This document shows positions 10,556-19,862 of a stretch of DNA of 64,000 nt, one piece after another. The notes beneath the pieces are model-generated. The model ran no database searches. It was given only the letters and a program-made list of their open reading frames with translations, and had not been told where the DNA came from. A program made the translations under genes and the position numbers. Positions within the stretch are counted from its first letter, which is position 1. Every line of letters begins with the position of its first letter. This DNA comes from Candidatus Anstonellales archaeon (lineage in GTDB: Archaea > Micrarchaeota > Micrarchaeia > Anstonellales > J096), in the NCBI GenBank assembly GCA_038890745.1, contig JAWAFD010000001.1, positions 64,001 through 128,000 of the forward strand, in the 5' to 3' direction.

Positions 10556-11215
10556 ATGAAAATATTTTTGGATAGTGCAAATGTGGAGGAGATAAGGAAG
10601 GCAGCTGAGCTTGGGCTGTGCGATGGGGTGACTACGAACCCTACGATAATTTTGAGGGATGCGCCTGGAAGGGAGCATAAAGAGGTTGTGCAGGAGATCG
10701 CAAGGATAGTGAAGGGACCTGTTTCTGTAGAGGGGATAGGGCAGAAAAAAGAGGAGATAGTAAAGGAAGGATTGGAGTTTTCAAAATGGGCGAAGAATGT
10801 TGTTGTGAAGGTTCCCATCACCCAGGAGGGGCTTGATGCTGTTAGGGTGCTGGAGAAAAAAGGAATAAGAACGAATGTTACGCTTGTTTTTTCACTCTCC
10901 CAGGCATTGCTGGCTGCAAAAGCAGGTGCAAGCTATGTCTCACCGTTTGTTGGGAGATTGGATGATGCCGGGCAGAATGGGATGGAGGTTGTAAGAGGGA
11001 TAATGGAGGCATTCAACAACTATAGATTTAAAACAAAGGTGATTGTTGCATCTGTGAGAAGCGTAAGGCATGTTGAGGAGGCGGCGAGAATTGGAGCGCA
11101 CATTGCAACGATACCCCCAAAAGTGTATAATGAAATGTGGAGGCATGCGCTTACGGAAAAGGGAATACAGATGTTTTTGGAGGATTTTGAAAAGGCGAAG
11201 GGGATGAGGAAGTAG
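10556..11215 (+). CDS. tal: Transaldolase (small TalC/FSA family)
   Basis: FLDSAN, GVTTNP, VVKVP Schiff-base Lys, SPFVGRLDD; Glu in VSVE and Phe in SPF favour transaldolase over FSA. Confidence 0.85.
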   Translation: MKIFLDSANVEEIRKAAELGLCDGVTTNPTIILRDAPGREHKEVVQEIARIVKGPVSVEGIGQKKEEIVKEGLEFSKWAKNVVVKVPITQEGLDAVRVLEKKGIRTNVTLVFSLSQALLAAKAGASYVSPFVGRLDDAGQNGMEVVRGIMEAFNNYRFKTKVIVASVRSVRHVEEAARIGAHIATIPPKVYNEMWRHALTEKGIQMFLEDFEKAKGMRK

Positions 11216-11227
11216 AGTTTCTTTTAG

Positions 11228-11255
11228 GGGGAAATATTTAAAAAATTATTTCCCC
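11228..11255. promoter_or_regulatory. Inverted repeat enclosing the TATA-like box of the ATPase gene
   Basis: GGGGAAATA-tttaaaaaat-TATTTCCCC, 12 bp before ATG 11268. Confidence 0.6.
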
Positions 11256-11267
11256 ATTAACAATACC

Positions 11268-12581
11268 ATGGAGAAAAGGGTGTTGGAAAGGTATCTTGTT
11301 GACAAAAAAGAGCAGATAAAAGAGTTGGAGGTATTCCCCAGAATGATAGATGGTATGCTTACGAAGAATTTTGTGGTGAGTATATTAGGCCCAAGGAGAG
11401 CAGGAAAAAGCTATTTTATGTATGATTTGATAAAAAACAAGTTAAAACTAACAGATGAGGAGTTTGTTTTTGTGAACTTTGAAGATGTTGAGTTATTCCA
11501 TGCTGGGTTCACTGATATTATAGAGTGTGTTAACATGCATGAGGAGATGTACGGAAAGAAACCAACATACATATTCTTGGATGAGATACAGAACATAGCC
11601 AATTGGGAAAGAGCGGTCAGAAGCCTTTTTGAAAGAAAAAAGTATTTTATTTTTCTTTCTGGCTCGTCCTCAAAACTACTCTCGAAGGAAATAGCAACAT
11701 CCCTCAGGGGTAGGGCAACAAACCTATTTCTGTTTCCGCTTTCCTTTAAAGAGTTTATATCTTTAAAGATGGGTGGCATAGTGGATAAAAGAACGATATC
11801 TACATCGGATGAGAACGTAGTTAAAAACAATCTAAGAACATACTTGCAGTTTGGCGGATTTCCAGATGTGGCAACTGGAGCAATAAGCAGAGAGAGATTT
11901 TTTAAAGAATATGTTGATCTGGTAATTTTTAGGGATGTTGTTGAGAGACACAAAATCAAGAATCCATTTGTGATAAAATTTCTAATAAACCGGATAATAA
12001 CCTCATTTTCGAAAGAATTCTCGATTCATAAGGTATACTTAGAGCTAAAATCGCAAGGGGTAAAGGTAAGTAAAAAAACACTTTATAATTACTGTATATA
12101 TCTTGAGGATGCGTTCTTTTCATTTTTTGTTAGAAAATTTTCTTACTCAAAAAATGAGCACATGCTATCCATTCCAAAAGTATTTTTAAATGACAGCGGT
12201 ATGGCAAGTTTGTACGGGAGCTCATCAGAAAACTTTGGAAGGCTTATGGAGAACGTTGTTTTCATAGAATTGCAAAGAAGGAGAAATGAGAATCCATTAA
12301 TGGAAGTCTACTATTACAAATCTCCTGATGGAAAGGAGGTTGATTTCGTAGTGAGTGAAAATGGTGTAAAGGAACTGATAGAAGTAACATATGTTAGTGA
12401 GAGTAAGGAAATAGATAAGAAACAGATCTCAGCAATTCTTTCAGCATCAGAAAAACTAAAATGCAAAAAAATTATTGTTCTAACATGGGAGTATGAAGAC
12501 AAAAAAAGGCTTGATAGTGTGGCGATAGAGTTCATTCCATTGTGGAAATGGCTAATGGGTATACAGATTAGAAGGGGATAA
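11268..12581 (+). CDS. AAA_14 ATPase with C-terminal DUF4143 (PD-(D/E)XK-like) domain
   Basis: Walker A GPRRAGKS, Walker B IFLDEIQ, SGSSS, PLSFKEF, GGFP, EVDFV...IEV. Confidence 0.9.
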   Translation: MEKRVLERYLVDKKEQIKELEVFPRMIDGMLTKNFVVSILGPRRAGKSYFMYDLIKNKLKLTDEEFVFVNFEDVELFHAGFTDIIECVNMHEEMYGKKPTYIFLDEIQNIANWERAVRSLFERKKYFIFLSGSSSKLLSKEIATSLRGRATNLFLFPLSFKEFISLKMGGIVDKRTISTSDENVVKNNLRTYLQFGGFPDVATGAISRERFFKEYVDLVIFRDVVERHKIKNPFVIKFLINRIITSFSKEFSIHKVYLELKSQGVKVSKKTLYNYCIYLEDAFFSFFVRKFSYSKNEHMLSIPKVFLNDSGMASLYGSSSENFGRLMENVVFIELQRRRNENPLMEVYYYKSPDGKEVDFVVSENGVKELIEVTYVSESKEIDKKQISAILSASEKLKCKKIIVLTWEYEDKKRLDSVAIEFIPLWKWLMGIQIRRG

Positions 12582-12582
12582 T

Positions 12583-13242
12583 ATGAAGATTGCTATTCTT
12601 TTACCAACCTATAATGAAGAGGAAAACATAGAAGAAATGATAAAGAAAATAAGGGGAGTAAGCAAAAAATATGAAATTTTTGTTGTTGACAGCGAGAGCA
12701 AGGATAGGACTGTTGAAATAGCAAGAAAAATGGGTGCGAGAGTGATTGTTGTAAAGGGAAGGGGGAAAGGAAGGGCTGTCGGGGTTGCGTTCAAGAAAAT
12801 AAATGCTGATTTCTTAGTAATGATGGATGCGGATGGAACCTACCCGGCTGATAGAATCCCGGAATTCTTGGAAAAATTAAAAGAATGCGATGTTGTTATT
12901 GGTTCAAGGTTTGCTGGGAGAATTGAGGAAGGGGCAATGAAAATAGTGAATAAAATCGGGAATATTCTTCTGACAGTTTTAGCAAGGGCGCTGTATGGAA
13001 GAAAAATAACAGATGTGTGCTCAGGGATGTGGGGGTTTAGAAGAGAAGCATATAGGGGGATGAACATAACTGCGCCGCATTTTGAGCTTGAGGCGGATTT
13101 GTTTTCTGAGGCTGCGAACAAAAAAATGAAAATATGCGAAATTCCGATAGTTTATAGAAGAAGGGGTGGAAGTACGAAATTGAGGGTTAGGGATGGGTTA
13201 AGAATTGCGTGGTGGTTGGTGAAAAAAGGGCTCATTAGATAG
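12583..13242 (+). CDS. Glycosyltransferase family 2 (DPM1-like)
   Basis: LPTYNEEENI, VVDSESKD, MDADGTY, GSRF, TDVCSGM. Confidence 0.9.
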   Translation: MKIAILLPTYNEEENIEEMIKKIRGVSKKYEIFVVDSESKDRTVEIARKMGARVIVVKGRGKGRAVGVAFKKINADFLVMMDADGTYPADRIPEFLEKLKECDVVIGSRFAGRIEEGAMKIVNKIGNILLTVLARALYGRKITDVCSGMWGFRREAYRGMNITAPHFELEADLFSEAANKKMKICEIPIVYRRRGGSTKLRVRDGLRIAWWLVKKGLIR

Positions 13243-13273
13243 TTATTTAAAATAGATTGATTATTTCTAAAGT

Positions 13274-15442
13274 ATGAAAGCCAAAATATTTTTTTTAGTA
13301 GGACTTATTCTTTTTTCACTATTTTTTGCATCAACTCCGGAAGAAGATTTTAATGACTGTCTTTGCCAGTGTCGCTGCATAAACGCGATGGGCTTCAGTT
13401 GCGGTAGCGGAGGGGATGTGTGCGAGTATGACCCTGGAGCTACGCTCTGTGGTTTTGACAGGGCCGCTGAGGACAACGCTGTTTGTTCATGCTATTCTCC
13501 GGGGCTTTGCTATCGCGTGGCACTTGAACCAAGCGGAAGCGATTGTTATAATGATTGTGTAAAATGGTATAACCAAGCCAAAACTCAACCGAAACCAAAA
13601 TCAGTATGCGGGGACAGCATTTGTAGCGAAGATGAGAGCGCGTATTCATGTCCTGAGGACTGCGCACCAAAAGAAGAAGAAAAAAAAGAAAAGTGCGAGA
13701 ATGATAAAGATGATGATGGAGACCATTTGATAGACTGCTTTGATACGGCAGACTGTAGATGTTCAGAGACAATAACAATAACTGTAGTATATGAAGGTGA
13801 GGATGGAAAGCTAAAACCCTTGGTTGGCGCAACATTAAATTTCACATGGAAAGATAAGAATGGCAAAGAAAAACACGCGACAGCGATGACTAATGAGGAA
13901 GGTGCGGCATCCGCAAAGATCGAAGGCGTATGGGGCGGTGATGGTATAATTCAGTACAGTATATATCTCGTAGATCAAAAATTCAAATTTATGGAGAATA
14001 AAGAGCAACTCTATTCTGTAAGCGATGAAATCACGCTTAAAAGCGTGCTTAATCTCCACAAAAAGTATAAGATGACTGGAAATGACCGTATAGTTGCGCG
14101 TATATGGGACAGACTCCATGAAGTTTACGACTTTTATACCAAATCATTGCATGCTAACGTTGATTACCAGATGCCTGAAGAGATTTACGTAAAACCCGAC
14201 GCAAATGGCGGTGCATTTCACGCATATGATTCGGCTACATATAAACAAGATAATGGGATTACATTCCAAAATAAAATATTTAACAGAGGGTTTATGGAAA
14301 GCTCCTCACCGCAGAACTGTGAATGGCATGAGTTCAATCATCATGCAATGATGGCTATCTATGGAGGCATGTGGGATCAAAAAAGAATAAGAAATCATTT
14401 GGGGTGGGACAATCCACAGTCAGATGATTCGTATGTTGAAGGTTTTGCAGAATTCATGTCTTTGCTTGAAACAGTTTATTATGCTGACAGATACCCGCGC
14501 CTTGCAGAACACCCAAGCATATATTACTGGGACGGCACGGCGAGCAATCTTGAGAAAAATTTTAAGATACAGGATGATGAAGAGTTAGCTATAGCGAGCA
14601 TACTTTGGGATCTGTATGACCCACACCGCATGTCTCAAATTGATAAGGATCATATAGAAATAGATAAAACAACACTATGGCAGGTGCTGAGCACCCAGCA
14701 CAAATTCAGCGACGGCCAAACGCGCTATATCCACAACACCAGAGATTTATATGAAGCGGTTAAAGCGATTAACGACCCGCAGTTCAGCAAAAAATATAAA
14801 GATGCTTACGAACCGAACGATGATGGTTGGATGGATGAAGCGCCAGCTCTTGAAAAAATATTCATAACGCATGGCGCATTCTTTGATAAAAATAATAATA
14901 GCAGATGGGATGTGGGCGAAGAAGTTGGGTACACAAGTAAAAAAGGTGAGCCTAGCACAAGGCGCACTGATAAGGAGCTACCGCCCGGCTCATTCATTCG
15001 CGCAAATATAAACAATGGAGAAATTAAAGAAGGTATTGTAAAAGTAAAGGTTACGCACCCGGATCCGTACAGTTATCTCAATTATGAATACGAAAGCAAC
15101 TTTATGGATGGGTTGATAGGCATCGCCCCTCCATATGATACACCTACTATTTGGGAAATAACCGTTACACGCGATGGTTATACGGAAAGCCAACCGATAA
15201 CTTTAACTTCAGAAGAGTATAATGCTAAGTATGACCCCAATAAGGAATACTTCGATTCCAAAGAATTTGTGATAACTAGTATCACCACGCCCGGTTATGA
15301 AGAGGAAGATATTTTTGATGGTCTAGAAGAAAATCCGCCACCGGAGGAGGAAGTGTGCTGCTTACCGGCATTATTGTGTGTTGGTATTTTAACTGTAGCT
15401 TCGCTCTCTAGCATAGGAACATGTAAAAAAGGTCTTCAGTAA
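13274..15442 (+). CDS. Secreted Cys-rich putative zinc metallopeptidase
   Basis: Signal peptide, Cys-rich N-terminus (CGDSIC..CPEDC; DDDGDHLIDCFDTADC), HEFNH plus downstream EGFAE, C-terminal CC-hydrophobic tail. Confidence 0.6.
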   Translation: MKAKIFFLVGLILFSLFFASTPEEDFNDCLCQCRCINAMGFSCGSGGDVCEYDPGATLCGFDRAAEDNAVCSCYSPGLCYRVALEPSGSDCYNDCVKWYNQAKTQPKPKSVCGDSICSEDESAYSCPEDCAPKEEEKKEKCENDKDDDGDHLIDCFDTADCRCSETITITVVYEGEDGKLKPLVGATLNFTWKDKNGKEKHATAMTNEEGAASAKIEGVWGGDGIIQYSIYLVDQKFKFMENKEQLYSVSDEITLKSVLNLHKKYKMTGNDRIVARIWDRLHEVYDFYTKSLHANVDYQMPEEIYVKPDANGGAFHAYDSATYKQDNGITFQNKIFNRGFMESSSPQNCEWHEFNHHAMMAIYGGMWDQKRIRNHLGWDNPQSDDSYVEGFAEFMSLLETVYYADRYPRLAEHPSIYYWDGTASNLEKNFKIQDDEELAIASILWDLYDPHRMSQIDKDHIEIDKTTLWQVLSTQHKFSDGQTRYIHNTRDLYEAVKAINDPQFSKKYKDAYEPNDDGWMDEAPALEKIFITHGAFFDKNNNSRWDVGEEVGYTSKKGEPSTRRTDKELPPGSFIRANINNGEIKEGIVKVKVTHPDPYSYLNYEYESNFMDGLIGIAPPYDTPTIWEITVTRDGYTESQPITLTSEEYNAKYDPNKEYFDSKEFVITSITTPGYEEEDIFDGLEENPPPEEEVCCLPALLCVGILTVASLSSIGTCKKGLQ

Positions 15443-15513
15443 AGAAAATGTTTTTACAGCTCCGATTATCGCTGGGGCACTGGTTATATTTTTAAAATCT
15501 TAATGTGGAATAA

Positions 15514-16374
15514 GTGTGGGTGGTAGGATTGTACGAAAAGCTTTTTTTAAGCGGTATGGTCCTTCTTGTTCTTCTCAGCTGCCCTATTACTGAGAAGCTA
15601 GGAGGAAATGGAGGGGGAAAAGGCACGGATTTTTTTGGTACTGGTGGTTTGGAGAATGGTCTGGATGAGGAATTAGGAAGCGGCGGTGGGTCTCTTGTTA
15701 ATCCGGCAGCCTACATGCTCTCACTATGCCCTGAGATAAAAACAACCAGATGGAGGCAGATGTGCGAGGCTGTTTTTAGCATGGATGCAAGAAAGTGCGA
15801 GACTCAGCGCCAGTACGCTATGAAAGAAGGATGCGAAAGCGCGATTGCAGCAGTCAAGAAAGACCCTTCTCTTTGTGAATCAATCAACCCCTACATTACT
15901 GGAATCGACCATAATGGTAATATTGTCGATACTACATTCAAAACAGATTGCTATGGGCAGTATGCGGTAGCAACTTTGGATGAAAGCTACTGCGGCAAGG
16001 CCGTAAGCAAAACTGATTGTGAATACCTCATAAAATTTGAGAAAAAAGAAATTAGTTTAGAACAGTGCAAAGGCGATTCTGTCTGCTTATGGAGGTATGC
16101 AAAATACACAAAAGATAAGAGAGCATGCGAACAGTTAAAACCGGGCTTTGCTGGTGCAGACCCAAAAGCAGAATGTATGGCCATGATTACCGGTGATGAA
16201 AGGTATTGCGATAACATAGAAAGCATAGATTCAAAGTATCATTGCATAGGAATGGCCAGAGCCACCAAAGCGCTGGAATCAGAAGGAGTTTTTCTTATAA
16301 AAGAGTGCAAGGGAAACTCTGATTGCGAGATGGAAGTATTCGATCAAATGGTAAAGTGGGCTGCAAGGAATTAG
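15514..16374 (+). CDS. Secreted or lipoprotein-like Cys-repeat protein
   Basis: Hydrophobic N-terminus ending LLSC; repeated A...D.S.C-type units; start uncertain. Confidence 0.55.
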   Translation: MWVVGLYEKLFLSGMVLLVLLSCPITEKLGGNGGGKGTDFFGTGGLENGLDEELGSGGGSLVNPAAYMLSLCPEIKTTRWRQMCEAVFSMDARKCETQRQYAMKEGCESAIAAVKKDPSLCESINPYITGIDHNGNIVDTTFKTDCYGQYAVATLDESYCGKAVSKTDCEYLIKFEKKEISLEQCKGDSVCLWRYAKYTKDKRACEQLKPGFAGADPKAECMAMITGDERYCDNIESIDSKYHCIGMARATKALESEGVFLIKECKGNSDCEMEVFDQMVKWAARN

Positions 16375-16667
16375 CGGATTTTAGCAAAAAATAATAGGAA
16401 AGCAAGGAGGAGTATGAACGCCCCAATTTTGCATTCAATAGGCTCTTTTATATCGCTCTTATCTATATGAGAAGAGTAGTAATGGATTGTCTGTGCGGTG
16501 CAGTTTGAAACGCATTCTTTATACCCGGGCTGGGGTCTCCAGCACCTATCCCATTCAGTATCCCATTTTCCTTTGTAATCCCTGCAACACGCAACCTCGC
16601 AATTCGTACCTGCAAACAGGAGCGGCATTACAAGAATAGCCGCTAGAATGAAAAATATCGCGCGCAT
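16371..16667 (-). CDS. Small secreted Cys-rich protein with C-terminal TM anchor
   Basis: Signal peptide, six Cys in the mature domain, ends CKIGAFILLLAFLLFFAKIR. Confidence 0.65.
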   Translation of the reverse strand: MRAIFFILAAILVMPLLFAGTNCEVACCRDYKGKWDTEWDRCWRPQPGYKECVSNCTAQTIHYYSSHIDKSDIKEPIECKIGAFILLLAFLLFFAKIR

Positions 16668-16813
16668 GTAGTATAATCAAACAAAAAATAAATAAGGCTT
16701 ATGGACCGGTGCGGTGAAACAGAATAAGAACATTTAAATATAAGAATGGTGCATAATACATCACTCTTAATTGCTACGGCTTTTGATAGAAAAATAAAAA
16801 AGAGGTAAAGAAA

Positions 16814-16975
16814 ATGGATAGAGAAGGTAGAGGAAGAGGAGGATTTGGTGGAGAAAGGAAGATGTACCATGCAGTATGCTCTGATTGTGGAGCAGAATGC
16901 GAGGTTCCTTTCGAACCAAAGGAAGGCAGGCCGGTTTACTGCCGGGACTGCTACAGAAACCATAGGAGATTCTAA
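16814..16975 (+). CDS. CxxC-x17-CxxC zinc-ribbon protein (53 aa; below the ORF track cut-off)
   Basis: MDREGRGRGGFGGERKMYHAVCSDCGAECEVPFEPKEGRPVYCRDCYRNHRRF; GAGGT SD-like motif upstream. Confidence 0.9.
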   Translation: MDREGRGRGGFGGERKMYHAVCSDCGAECEVPFEPKEGRPVYCRDCYRNHRRF

Positions 16976-17086
16976 TCTTAGTTTAGTATAAGATGGAATT
17001 TCTTAATTTCTTGTTTTTCTTTTTGTTTTTTGCTTTGTAAGATGGAATGGAAATATATTTAAACACTTATTATCACATATATTACT

Positions 17087-17851
17087 ATGCCTGGATGGAA
17101 AGGAATAAGTAAAAAAATGAGAAATATAGTGTATGAGGGCTTGGTTTTTGCAGGAATTGGTGCCAGTATATTTTTTGGTAAAGCTGGCTGTGAGTATATA
17201 TCTGAAAAAGCAACATGGAAGTATGTTGTTTTGAAAAAAGGGGATGATTTTGTTGTAAAAGAGCCGGTGTATGAAGGGCCTTTTGGGAAGTTGCTTAGAT
17301 TCACTGGAAAACCCGGGAAAGAGAGTATAGACAGCTTGTTGAGAAATAATCCGGATTCGGTTATTTTCAAGATGAAAGATTTTGATTCATTGGTTATTTT
17401 CTACCATCCAATAGAATATCCGTGGGGGAAATGGTGCGGGTATTATAGTACAGATGGGAGCATACACCTCTTGGGTGAGGAAATGGGGGCTACTTTAAGG
17501 CATGAACTATACCATAAGTGGCAGTCGCATGGTCAAACACCGGAGGAATTTTCAAAACGAGTGGACATAGGGGTGGAGATGTTAAAAAAATATTTAGAAG
17601 GGAGAATGGAGCCAATGGAAAGAGAGGTTTTTGAGAGTTTTTGGGGATGTTATTTTGATGAATTGCCTGATGGAAACTTCTATACGCGCGAACGCTTAGA
17701 TTCTATCTCAGCTGAACTAAAAGAAATGCGCGGGAAAATGAGTTTGGATGATGCGCTCAGAGAATTAAGCGGATGGGAGTACAATTTTGCTTTGTACATA
17801 ATTGAGCTTGAAGCAAATTCCCGCGTGGGGGATTTTGAGTTATCGGAATAG
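17087..17851 (+). CDS. Hypothetical membrane-anchored protein with HExxH motif
   Basis: N-terminal hydrophobic helix, LRHELYH. Confidence 0.5.
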   Translation: MPGWKGISKKMRNIVYEGLVFAGIGASIFFGKAGCEYISEKATWKYVVLKKGDDFVVKEPVYEGPFGKLLRFTGKPGKESIDSLLRNNPDSVIFKMKDFDSLVIFYHPIEYPWGKWCGYYSTDGSIHLLGEEMGATLRHELYHKWQSHGQTPEEFSKRVDIGVEMLKKYLEGRMEPMEREVFESFWGCYFDELPDGNFYTRERLDSISAELKEMRGKMSLDDALRELSGWEYNFALYIIELEANSRVGDFELSE

Positions 17852-17887
17852 GCAAGATTTAAAAATAATCCTCTCTATAAAAGATAC

Positions 17888-18133
17888 ATGGCATACGTAG
17901 AAACGCTTGTGGCTGGATGGTTAGAAGTCCTAAAAAACATCGGGCCCATGATTTCTGTAATATTAATAATTCTGGGTGGAATTGTGTATGGAATATCAAA
18001 CATGCAACCATCAGAAGTAAGGGGGAAATGGCAGGCTGCTGCAATCGGGATGATTGTTGGTGGGATAATAATAGGCGCGATAGTAGGCGCGGCAGATATA
18101 ATACAGGATGTTTCTTCAAAACTCTTGCAATAA
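17888..18133 (+). CDS. VirB2/TrbC-like pilin (CedA1/TedC-like)
   Basis: 81 aa, two Gly-rich hydrophobic helices separated by a short charged loop; first gene of a VirB4-type ATPase operon. Confidence 0.65.
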   Translation: MAYVETLVAGWLEVLKNIGPMISVILIILGGIVYGISNMQPSEVRGKWQAAAIGMIVGGIIIGAIVGAADIIQDVSSKLLQ

Positions 18134-18156
18134 TTTATTGAGGTTGGGGGAGTGTT

Positions 18157-19080
18157 GTGGAACTCGGAATCGCATCCAGCATAGTAGCAATAATGATTAT
18201 CCTATCCGGTATAGCGATAGGGGTAGGAAAGGCAATAGGGAGTAAGCGACTGGAGCTTTTTGGTGTTGAGGAGTTTGCTCAGGCAGTTCTCAATGCAGCG
18301 ATAATTGGTGTTTTTGCAGCTATTGTCACAACAATAACCCAGGTATCCTCAGATATTGATTTTTTAACATGCGGGGCGGGGCTGCCGGAAGAGTTGCAGT
18401 GTCAAATGGCAAATGTTGAAAACACGAGCTTTTCCCTTATGACCGAGACAACAAAAACAAGTTTAACTTTAGGGTATTATGAGTCACTTTTGCTTTATTT
18501 CGGCGCTTTTGACATACAAATTCTAAAAGGGCTGGGGCCGATAAGGGAAACGCTTGGGGATGGAATAAAATTTCTGAATCTAAACAGCACTTTTGCGGCG
18601 ATGAACTCACAGCTTGCAAATTTTATCGCACAAACAATGTTAGAGGTTTTTCTTCCGCTGGGGATAATCTTTAGGTCTTTTTTTGCAACAAGGAAAATTG
18701 GTGGGTTTTTGATAGGTGCTGCGATAGGCTTTTATCTTCTATTTCCGTATTTTATTCTAATTGTGCCATCGCCATTACCCATACTTGATAGTACGGTTGC
18801 CTCATTCAAAGCAATAAATGAAAACGCAAACTACGCAACCATGCCAATAGTCGACCTCAATAACAACTATGCTGTTGCTGAGAAGCTTTATGGGTTAAGC
18901 ACAGGAGATTTTGTGGGGGCATTGATAATGGCGATAAAGGGGCTTGCGGATGCAAATGGAGCATTGCTCCTGTATGTAATAATCGGGCCGGTGATCGCTC
19001 TTGCAGCGAACATTGTTTTTATGCTTGCGATAACGGAAATGCTTGGTTCGCATTTCGTACTTAATGTAGGGGTGATATGA
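18157..19080 (+). CDS. Polytopic membrane protein, VirB6/CedA-like candidate
   Basis: Several TM segments, PLGIIFRSFFATRKIGGFLIG; position between the pilin-like gene and the ATPase. Confidence 0.5.
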   Translation: MELGIASSIVAIMIILSGIAIGVGKAIGSKRLELFGVEEFAQAVLNAAIIGVFAAIVTTITQVSSDIDFLTCGAGLPEELQCQMANVENTSFSLMTETTKTSLTLGYYESLLLYFGAFDIQILKGLGPIRETLGDGIKFLNLNSTFAAMNSQLANFIAQTMLEVFLPLGIIFRSFFATRKIGGFLIGAAIGFYLLFPYFILIVPSPLPILDSTVASFKAINENANYATMPIVDLNNNYAVAEKLYGLSTGDFVGALIMAIKGLADANGALLLYVIIGPVIALAANIVFMLAITEMLGSHFVLNVGVI

Positions 19081-19862
19081 TGATAGAGAATAGGTTTGTA
19101 ACGATAGCGTGCTTGATAGTAGCTGTTGCTTCTCTTTTGTACACAATAGCCAGCGGGAATATTTTTGCAGCGCTCATTGCGGTTGTGTTCGCATTTTTAA
19201 CCCTTCTTATGTGGAAATACGGATATCTGGTAATGCCATATTTTTTCGAGAAAACAAAAATAGTTGAGATAAGGTATGGGTATGAGATTCCACCTTCAAG
19301 GGACTACCTGATAAGGAAAACCCCTTCCGGGTATCTTGCAACTAAATTTCTTGGAATAAAACTTCATGAGAGTACATTGGATAAAGGAGAGAAGGAAAGG
19401 GCTTCCCTGCTCGCAAGTTTTGAGAGGGCGATATCAAGTCTAAACAATGTGGTGAAAATTTCTTACCTTCTCGCTCCCCTTGACATCACAAAGCATGTTG
19501 AGGAGATAAAGACACAGAGGAGCATGGCTGAGGTTAAAAGGGCAAAGCTGGGCGCGAAAGAGAAAGAGGAAGCAGTGATCTTGGACAGGCAGATTGCAAT
19601 GTGGAACAGGCTTTTAGAAAGAATAAGTGGTGGGGAGAAGCCGCTGGAGACAATAATCTTTGCATCCACAACCGCAAGCGGGGCGACAAGGGAGGAAGCT
19701 GTTGCAAAGGTGAAAAGACAGGCAAAGGAGATAAGAACTATACTGAGTTCTACTTTAGGGGCTGATGTTGTGGAACTCATGGATAGCGATATGCTGAGAT
19801 GCTTTGAGTGGGAGTTTTTCGCGCCTCCGACGCCAGAAGCTCTAAAAGATGAGGTGTTTTAG
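19077..19862 (+). CDS. Membrane-anchored protein (VirB3 or VirB4 N-terminal-like candidate)
   Basis: Two N-terminal TMs then a cytoplasmic alpha/beta and coiled-coil region; overlaps both neighbouring genes. Confidence 0.45.
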   Translation: MMIENRFVTIACLIVAVASLLYTIASGNIFAALIAVVFAFLTLLMWKYGYLVMPYFFEKTKIVEIRYGYEIPPSRDYLIRKTPSGYLATKFLGIKLHESTLDKGEKERASLLASFERAISSLNNVVKISYLLAPLDITKHVEEIKTQRSMAEVKRAKLGAKEKEEAVILDRQIAMWNRLLERISGGEKPLETIIFASTTASGATREEAVAKVKRQAKEIRTILSSTLGADVVELMDSDMLRCFEWEFFAPPTPEALKDEVF

